Positions 56,997 through 64,000 of a stretch of DNA of 64,000 nt are shown piece by piece. The position numbers and the translations under genes are program-made. Below the pieces are notes generated by a model. It did not search any database and had not been told where the DNA came from. It was given only the letters and a program-made list of their open reading frames with translations. The stretch's first letter is position 1; each line of letters begins with the position of its first letter. This DNA is from a virus: the IMG/VR virus record IMGVR_UViG_3300028840_007026, positions 1 through 64,000 of that record; one strand, given 5' to 3'.

Positions 56997-58118
56997 ATGA
57001 TATTAGATTATATTACCCATGTCAATGTACCCGATGGAGTAGAAGCAATGGATTATGTTCGCCAATTTGCTGTTTCCAAAGGTTGGTCGCAAATTGAGTG
57101 GAGAAAATGGTTTGATTGGGAATATAATTCTACCCTCGGTGTGAATGAATGGAGTAGTGATTCAAGTGCTGCTTACCTTTGCCTTCAAAGTTCCGGTTAC
57201 GGTTCGACGGTCCTTAGGTTTAAAATGGCTTTGACTCTTGGTAGAAGAACTCATGTTCATCATTACTTTCATATTGCTGGTGTTTCTAACACTACTTACG
57301 TTTCAGGTGATAGTTCATATAGGTTACATCCATATTGTCAATATGCTTTAACTTCTCCCAAACTTACAACGGATTATCCCTATGAAAGAGATCCAGCAAT
57401 GGACCTTTCATATTCCACGATTGATAAAATGTGGATCTTTGGGGATGATAAATGGATATGTGCTTTCGTTGATTTTGATGGGAACAATGTTCATGCTTTC
57501 CACTTTGGTCAATTTGAGATGTTTGAAACTGCTCCTACCTCCGGTATGGTTTTCGGCCATCATACCCAGTACAGTACCAGTGTTGCTCCGGTTCTATATG
57601 AACACCATAATGTAAGTAGTACTGATTCTGGATCTGCATTCTGGCCGAAAGTATATTCTACTTATTTGTCTCGCAGAGTATCAAGTATGGATTTTTGCTA
57701 TGATACATCCGGTAGTGGAAACGGTGCCAGTCATATATTTGCTGCCAGTCCTTATATAACGTTAGCTTGTAATGTGACTCCGCGGTATTCAGGGTGGAAT
57801 GGTGTAGGTGCAGGTAGAATATGGGATTATGTGAGTGGACTTCAACTACTCACTACTGATCCAAACACAAGTATTCCAAACCTTATCAATGCAGTTAGCC
57901 CGAACACCTATTCGAACAGACGCGTGATGATGAAGCCGGTTTTCTTTACCTATGATGGTGCTACTACCTATGTTCCATTCTGCAAAGCGAATTACTATAT
58001 TATTCCATGGGGTGGATTGTCAATTGGGGAAATACTCACCTACGGTACTGAGCAATATGTAGCATTTCCGCTCGGTCACATTACAGATCCTTACGGAGTA
58101 GCTATAAGGATAGCATAA
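56997..58118 (+). CDS. Virion structural protein
   Basis: FHFGQ, GEILTYGTEQYVAFP; tail module. Confidence 0.65.
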   Translation: MILDYITHVNVPDGVEAMDYVRQFAVSKGWSQIEWRKWFDWEYNSTLGVNEWSSDSSAAYLCLQSSGYGSTVLRFKMALTLGRRTHVHHYFHIAGVSNTTYVSGDSSYRLHPYCQYALTSPKLTTDYPYERDPAMDLSYSTIDKMWIFGDDKWICAFVDFDGNNVHAFHFGQFEMFETAPTSGMVFGHHTQYSTSVAPVLYEHHNVSSTDSGSAFWPKVYSTYLSRRVSSMDFCYDTSGSGNGASHIFAASPYITLACNVTPRYSGWNGVGAGRIWDYVSGLQLLTTDPNTSIPNLINAVSPNTYSNRRVMMKPVFFTYDGATTYVPFCKANYYIIPWGGLSIGEILTYGTEQYVAFPLGHITDPYGVAIRIA

Positions 58119-59194
58119 TGCCAAATTATTTTCTCACATCGAATGATGATATGGTAGCCGTATCCGGCGAATCCACAACTGTTGCAAGAGATCAAAGCAG
58201 TGATCTTGGAGTAGGTGGAGTTCCATGGGATACACTTTACTACCCATTTCACAGTATGTCTTTTGACTATACTCATAAGGCTCTTAGGTTTCCCGGTAAT
58301 GCGATTTATATGAATAATTATGCTTATGATTTCATTTACAATCGCATATGGGTCACTTCTCTCATTGAATTTGGATTGATTTCAGAGCTGAGTACTGGAT
58401 ACGTTTACATTTGGAATTCAAACCTGACATTTTCTGTGGCTCTCACCTCCTTTACAGATCCGGGTGATGTGGGAATACAAATTGATACTGTTACAGTGCC
58501 GACTTATATTACACCTAATAACTATATCAGCTACGCGGTATATGTTCCCATTGCTGGTCCGGCTGAACAGGATACTACTTACGAATGGGTAGTATATGGA
58601 CAAAGCAGGGAAACACGCGTGACCGCGACACGGCTAATTCCGTTTGTCTACGACATTGATTGGGTGAATGATGAGGATTTGCTCTATGAGTATTTTACTT
58701 CTGTTTATAGAGCGAAAACAACTCATGAGCAGAGAAGATCGATGATCAATAGTCCGATAAGAAAATCGACTTTTATCATCACTTTAGAAAAACAGCTTGC
58801 GAACCATTTCCAAGGGAAGATGAGAGGTTCCATTGGAAAGTATTTTGTTGTACCTATTTACAGTGAATTCTTTACTACCTCAACAAGTTTGTCCGGTGCG
58901 ACTACCATTATTGGAAATGAAGATTTGACATACTACTGGAATCTTCAAAAGTATTGTGACTACATTTTGATCGTTGACCATGAATCAAGGTTGGTTGAAT
59001 CGAAATCTATTTCCGGTATTGCAGGTAGTACTATATCTCTCTACAATGCAGTTAATAAAACATTTGATAATACGAGGGTAGTCATATATCCAGCTTATGT
59101 TGGAGTGATTTCTAATCTGACGATGAGAAATTATACGAGCAATATAGTTCGGGCAAATATTAGTTTTCAGGAGGTGAGAGCGAATGGCGTCTGA
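58118..59194 (+). CDS. Tail-tip structural protein
   Basis: DW....YEYFT, EQRRS; tail module. Confidence 0.65.
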   Translation: MPNYFLTSNDDMVAVSGESTTVARDQSSDLGVGGVPWDTLYYPFHSMSFDYTHKALRFPGNAIYMNNYAYDFIYNRIWVTSLIEFGLISELSTGYVYIWNSNLTFSVALTSFTDPGDVGIQIDTVTVPTYITPNNYISYAVYVPIAGPAEQDTTYEWVVYGQSRETRVTATRLIPFVYDIDWVNDEDLLYEYFTSVYRAKTTHEQRRSMINSPIRKSTFIITLEKQLANHFQGKMRGSIGKYFVVPIYSEFFTTSTSLSGATTIIGNEDLTYYWNLQKYCDYILIVDHESRLVESKSISGIAGSTISLYNAVNKTFDNTRVVIYPAYVGVISNLTMRNYTSNIVRANISFQEVRANGV

Positions 59195-59813
59195 TATTCA
59201 AACATTAGATGACTTGGAAATATTTCCATTCTACCCCAATTATGACAAGGGAGTAGATGTAAACATTTTGGGGGGATATGAAGTAACCCAATTTGGAAGA
59301 TATTCCCCTATGGATATCGTGGAAGATACGGCAGACAAGCAATTAACAGTGTTGATGAATTTAGTACTTACCACGAAACAAGAGAAGTACAATTTTCTCC
59401 AATTCATGGATGATCACAAAGGACAGTTGAAGAAGTTTTGGCTCTATGCAAATGTAAATGAATTCAATTTGAAAGAAGCAATTGCAGCAAGTGCTTCCAC
59501 AATGCTCGTTGAGGATACTGAATATCATAGTTATTACAAGGTTGGGGATCGAATATACTTTTACTTAAAAACGGGTGACGTGATTGTAAGAAAAGTTCAA
59601 TCCGTAACATACGATGCAATTGGAGAAGATATTACAATCACGTTTACTACCCAGATGCCAGCATATGAAATCGGTTTGAACGATGTGTATGAAATCGGCA
59701 GAGTGCTCTGCTGCCGTTTTGATCACGACTCTTTTGAAGTTCCGAATAAGAATACTACCGTAGCAACAACGAAAGTCCGGTTTTTAGAATTACCAAAGGA
59801 GTATCCATCATGA
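59184..59813 (+). CDS. Tail-tip (distal tail-like) protein
   Basis: F.DDHKGQLKKFW, CRFDHD. Confidence 0.6.
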   Translation: MASDIQTLDDLEIFPFYPNYDKGVDVNILGGYEVTQFGRYSPMDIVEDTADKQLTVLMNLVLTTKQEKYNFLQFMDDHKGQLKKFWLYANVNEFNLKEAIAASASTMLVEDTEYHSYYKVGDRIYFYLKTGDVIVRKVQSVTYDAIGEDITITFTTQMPAYEIGLNDVYEIGRVLCCRFDHDSFEVPNKNTTVATTKVRFLELPKEYPS

Positions 59814-60610
59814 CGGATTATAGTAGCAATTTGGCAGCGGTTGAGCAAATACCTTTCATAGAACTATATAAGTTCCAGAGAGGTTTTGAGTACTTTCGGT
59901 ACACCAATCATGAAGCAGATGTAGTGTTTCAAGATGAGAGTTATATATCGGCAGCCATTACGAGAGGCGAATTCAACGTCGATACAAACTTGTCTACCGT
60001 TTCAACTACTGTGGGAGCAGCCATCTTCGATGACTTTGGAGTTTACATTGCTACTCAACCATCCAATAGAACAAGGTTGTCGATTCGCAGAGCAGTATCA
60101 GATGATCTAACTGAGTTTGTAGTTATATTTGATGGATGGGTGACCGGAGTACAATTTAATGAGAATAACGAAGCGTCCTTGTCTGTAGAACAGAAGTCAA
60201 ATGTTCTCAGTAAGGAAGTGGATATGTTTACTCATTCTTGTGTATGTAATCATAATATCTTCTACGGTGGATGTTCTCTTGATGTAATCCAATATCGTCT
60301 CGTTACAAGCAATATAACAGTAATCGGTTCCGACATTTATAGTACCGAAGTGGATACTTATGATGATGGATATTTTACTGGTGGTGAGGTTTTCGTAACC
60401 GACGATTCCCGCATGATCACAAATCATGTGGGTAATAAGCTAACTTTACACGTACCGTTTGATTCACGCGTTGTGACGGGCTCTGAGATAACAATTCTTC
60501 CCGGTTGTGACCGTTTAATTACTACCTGTATAAATAAGTTTGATAATTTGGTCGATTTCCTTGGAATGCCTTTGATCCCAAGTAAAAATCCAGTTATATG
60601 GGGATTCTAA
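59810..60610 (+). CDS. Baseplate hub protein, DUF2163/BR0599 (GTA-like)
   Basis: C.H.IF.GGC, PGCDR..TTC..KFDN..DFLGMP.IP..NP. Confidence 0.85.
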   Translation: MTDYSSNLAAVEQIPFIELYKFQRGFEYFRYTNHEADVVFQDESYISAAITRGEFNVDTNLSTVSTTVGAAIFDDFGVYIATQPSNRTRLSIRRAVSDDLTEFVVIFDGWVTGVQFNENNEASLSVEQKSNVLSKEVDMFTHSCVCNHNIFYGGCSLDVIQYRLVTSNITVIGSDIYSTEVDTYDDGYFTGGEVFVTDDSRMITNHVGNKLTLHVPFDSRVVTGSEITILPGCDRLITTCINKFDNLVDFLGMPLIPSKNPVIWGF

Positions 60611-60615
60611 TTCAA

Positions 60616-61125
60616 ATGGAATACAGACCAGCATTTACAAATAATGAAGCACTTTGGAAGCAATTCCAGGAAGAACTTTATTCCTGGAAAGCGACTGAGT
60701 ATAAATGGTTGCAGGTTGCGAAAGGGATGTATGCCGATTGCTCAACATACATTTGTCAATCCCTTGTCAATATAAAAATACTTAGGCAATTTGACTTCCC
60801 TAAAACCGTTAGCAGGGTTTGGTTTCGGGATCCCAATGACGACCAAATCTTTCAACACATGGATGAAAATTTTAAGCGTTATTCGGACAGTAAATTCTCA
60901 TGGCAATTTTTTAGAGTAGATGAGGAATTCGATTCGTATCTCAAGGGCGACATTGTTTTGTTTATTGTCAGGAGAAATATAAGAGTATTTAATCATGCAG
61001 GAGTTTATTTAGGCAATGAGAAAATGATACATAACAGTGAGGGATCATGTGTGAGATTTTCTGATTTTGATCATCGGTGGAAAAGAGTTTGTAAGGGAAT
61101 CTTTCGTTTACAGGAGTGGATATAA
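60616..61125 (+). CDS. NlpC/P60 tail-associated peptidase
   Basis: ADCS, GDIVLF, HAGVYLG..MIH. Confidence 0.85.
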   Translation: MEYRPAFTNNEALWKQFQEELYSWKATEYKWLQVAKGMYADCSTYICQSLVNIKILRQFDFPKTVSRVWFRDPNDDQIFQHMDENFKRYSDSKFSWQFFRVDEEFDSYLKGDIVLFIVRRNIRVFNHAGVYLGNEKMIHNSEGSCVRFSDFDHRWKRVCKGIFRLQEWI

Positions 61126-64000
61126 TGGCATTACTACCGTACCTCGGATATGCTTTGATGGTAATAGGTCTCGCCTATAGTGTTTATATGATGACTAAAG
61201 GTGGACCGGAGATGGATTCTTTAGATCCATCCACCATCGATGACTTTGCTATTACTACCGCAGATGAGGGTTCCAAGGTTCCTCTCATTTATGGTATCAA
61301 AAAGGTTACTGGAAATATCATCTACTATGGTGGACTGCGAGCAAAACCGATAACTGAAACAGTTCAGTCAGGTTGTAGTTCTGAAAAAGTAATCGTTGGT
61401 TATGACTACTACATTGACATTTGGATGACTTTAGCTCATGGACCTGTTTCACTGCTTGCAACTTATGTTAATGAGGAATTGACTGGAGTACTTGGAACAG
61501 GAGAAATTTCATATCATCAGAGAATATTTTCTAACGGTGTTCCGGGAAATGGCGTGGATGCTCCTATTGCTGGACAGAGCCCACTACCAGGTATTGCTTG
61601 GATTTACTATGAGCAGTTGTACCTTGGAGAAAATGTTCAGTCAGTTCCAACAATACATTATGTACTTCAATGCCTTCCAACTGCTCACCCGTTTTCCTAT
61701 GTTGAAACTGGAAATGGTGGAGTGAACCCTGCTACCGTAGTTTATGATTTGTTGGTGAGAAGTGGAGTTGATTATGACGGTGTAAATGCTACCTCTTTTG
61801 AAAATGCTTCCCTGTACTGGTTCAATAAGGAGTATGGGTTGCATATGGTTTATAAAAATGCGATCAAGTGTAGAGACGCAATAAAAAAGGCATTGCAGGT
61901 AGTTGGTGGATCATTTACGGAAGATACTGACGGGAAGTTTTATCTGATTCCGTTTGATGAAACAGAAACATCTTCTGCTACTCTTGATTTCGATCAAGGA
62001 GAAGTGAGAAATTTTAAATTTTATCGCCCAATGTGGGATACGTTATATTCTGATTTTGTTGCAACATATATTGATAGAAATAAGGACTATTCAAAGAGAA
62101 CCGTAAGGGCTTATAATCCGGCACTTCACAGAATTCTTGGTAGAAGAGTTGAACAAGCTGTAGACTTAAAACATTTTATTGATTTAGATGTAGCGAGTAA
62201 ACGTGTATGGGAGATAATGAAAGAAGCGACTTATCCTGGAGCTCAAATTGAATGTGAAGTTCCATTTAGATTTTCTGGACTTCTCGTTGGACAAGTTGTA
62301 ACAGTAAATAATTCTCGCTTCGGAATTTCCAATGCCAAATTCCGGTTGATGACAAAAAACATAAAGGGTTTGGACGAGAACTTTTTCGGTGTTTCCCTTA
62401 AACAGATGACCGAAGAGTTATACGATTCAAATTGGGAAACCAGTGGAGGTAGTAATTGGGAAATTCCAGACTATACTCCTGACCCACTTTACAAAGCGAG
62501 TGTTTGGCAATTACCTTTTAACCACATGACAGGGACTGGGGATTACAATACTGGTTTTTACCTTGTTCTCGCTGCTCGTAAGAACTTGCATGAATCAGGT
62601 TACTACCTGAGATATTCCCAAAATGGGAACGTTTATGATCCAGTTGCAGGGGATGCATTTTCTCAGTATGGGACACTTGATGAGGCTTACGGTATAACGA
62701 ATGAAATTGATGAAACGGTAGGATTCACATATACACCGTATAGAGAAGATCCAGCATTCGATAGTATAGCGATTGAAGATGCTATTAATATGAATCGAAT
62801 GGCTCTCATCGAAGATGAGTTGATTGGTTTTACTACCGTTACAAATAATGCGAATGGAAGCATTACTCTTACCGGTATTATTAGGGGAATGTTGGGTACC
62901 ACGATTGCAGCACATAACTCAGGGGTAGATATTTGGATATTTACCCCGACAACTCCTGGCTTGATCTTCTCAAGTGCAGATTCAAGTTTTTATCTAATGT
63001 TCCAACCACATTCAATTTCAGGAGTAGTCGCAACTGAAGATGCAACGGTTATAAATGTCACGAAGGATTCCACTAAACTTGTTCCTCCGGCTCCAGTAGT
63101 AAGTGTTGAGAGAACTGCGACGGATGACTTTACTATCACATGGTATCCATTTACGGGAGCTTTTATAGGTGCAGGTCAAACGGGAGAAGAGTCGTTCAAT
63201 ACTGCCGTTCCTTATGCTGGTCCGGGAGCAGGATTGAATGCTTACAAATTTAATTATACTGCAATTGTCTACCACTACCAAACCAAGTCCGTGGACTTCA
63301 CTTATCCCTATGCCACATATGATTTAAGGGCTACGTGGAAGTTGAACAATAATGCTGTTACGGCCGAAGCGAGACCATCATTACCTTCAGTTGGTAGTAC
63401 AACTTGGGCAGGTAGAAATATTCCAAACGCTACCACTGGCTTGTTGAAGATTGATTATGGAATGGAGAACTTTATAGAATTCATTGACTACAATGCTGAT
63501 ATTATTGATAACTTTTTTAATATGGCAAGTCTTCTGGATGTGAGTTTGACTTCTCTTGCAGATGAAGATTACCTTATGTATGACCATGCTTCAGGAAAGT
63601 TTGTCAATGTCGATTTGGCTACAATGAATGTAGAAGTGACCACCACTACATCCACGACAACTACTACCACTACGAGTACAACTACTACGTCAACAACCAC
63701 CACGACAGCAACGACAACCACCGGGACTACTGTTCCTGGCGGGACAACTACTACGGCTCCACCGGAAGCATATTCTACCGGTTTGAGTTTAATTGACGAT
63801 ACTTCCCCTCTTACAAGTACGCTGGACTATAGAGCTTCGGCGGTTGACGGAAACTACGATACAAAGATTTTCTCATCTGCCCCGTCTGGAGTTGATGAAC
63901 CTGATTTCCAGGAAAGGGAAGGTTGGTTGAGCGACAGGTCCATCGGTAAGAATCTTGAATCTCCGACTCTCTGTTATGGAATGAAGATAGTGATGCGAGC
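61125..64000 (+). CDS. Central tail-tip / host-specificity protein (GTA megatron-like), truncated by the window
   Basis: ATG 61125 overlaps the NlpC stop; EG.KVPLIYG, GNIIYYG, NPA..VYDLL; in-frame poly-Thr at about 63640-63760; frame spot-checked only. Confidence 0.8.
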   Translation, partial: MALLPYLGYALMVIGLAYSVYMMTKGGPEMDSLDPSTIDDFAITTADEGSKVPLIYGIKKVTGNIIYYGGLRAKPITETVQSGCSSEKVIVGYDYYIDIWMTLAHGPVSLLATYVNEELTGVLGTGEISYHQRIFSNGVPGNGVDAPIAGQSPLPGIAWIYYEQLYLGENVQSVPTIHYVLQCLPTAHPFSYVETGNGGVNPATVVYDLLVRSGVDYDGVNATSFENASLYWFNKEYGLHMVYKNAIKCRDAIKKALQVVGGSFTEDTDGKFYLIPFDETETSSATLDFDQGEVRNFKFYRPMWDTLYSDFVATYIDRNKDYSKRTVRAYNPALHRILGRRVEQAVDLKHFIDLDVASKRVWEIMKEATYPGAQIECEVPFRFSGLLVGQVVTVNNSRFGISNAKFRLMTKNIKGLDENFFGVSLKQMTEELYDSNWETSGGSNWEIPDYTPDPLYKASVWQLPFNHMTGTGDYNTGFYLVLAARKNLHESGYYLRYSQNGNVYDPVAGDAFSQYGTLDEAYGITNEIDETVGFTYTPYREDPAFDSIAIEDAINMNRMALIEDELIGFTTVTNNANGSITLTGIIRGMLGTTIAAHNSGVDIWIFTPTTPGLIFSSADSSFYLMFQPHSISGVVATEDATVINVTKDSTKLVPPAPVVSVERTATDDFTITWYPFTGAFIGAGQTGEESFNTAVPYAGPGAGLNAYKFNYTAIVYHYQTKSVDFTYPYATYDLRATWKLNNNAVTAEARPSLPSVGSTTWAGRNIPNATTGLLKIDYGMENFIEFIDYNADIIDNFFNMASLLDVSLTSLADEDYLMYDHASGKFVNVDLATMNVEVTTTTSTTTTTTTSTTTTSTTTTTATTTTGTTVPGGTTTTAPPEAYSTGLSLIDDTSPLTSTLDYRASAVDGNYDTKIFSSAPSGVDEPDFQEREGWLSDRSIGKNLESPTLCYGMKIVMR

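Noticed and set aside
1-64000. tRNA genes, integrase, reverse transcriptase/DGR, stop-codon reassignment
   Set aside because: None recognised by eye; genes are intact in the standard code and all three stops are used. tRNAscan-SE would be needed to be sure about tRNAs.

Overview
This is a 64-kb piece of a large tailed-phage genome (Caudoviricetes, probably siphovirus-like, standard genetic code) with two divergent arms. The left arm (minus strand, 1-32.5 kb) carries a near-complete replisome and recombination set: split SbcC/Rad50 plus SbcD/Mre11, 5'-3' exonuclease, RecA, gp32-like SSB, UvsY-like protein, DnaE fused to a family-4 UDG, clamp loader, PCNA-like clamp, DnaB, primase and an SF2 helicase. 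It also has a putative DNA-modification cluster (GT-B glycosyltransferase, B12 radical SAM, SPL-like radical SAM) and an early-gene region. The right arm (plus strand, 33.5-64 kb) carries the terminase, adhesion/decoration genes, portal, a MuF-effector fusion, M15 peptidase, capsid, tail and a GTA-like tail tip. The main discovery is seven intact, pseudoknotted type II hammerhead ribozymes between 27.2 and 32.3 kb. Each sits between a stop codon and the next Shine-Dalgarno, so the early polycistronic mRNA should cut itself into gene-sized pieces. Other notable signals are PIP-box-like motifs on DnaE and the modification enzymes, poly-Thr tags on six virion-module proteins, a ~630-nt structured early leader, and a Rad50 split at its zinc hook. 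All protein family calls are from motif recognition by eye; no searches were run.
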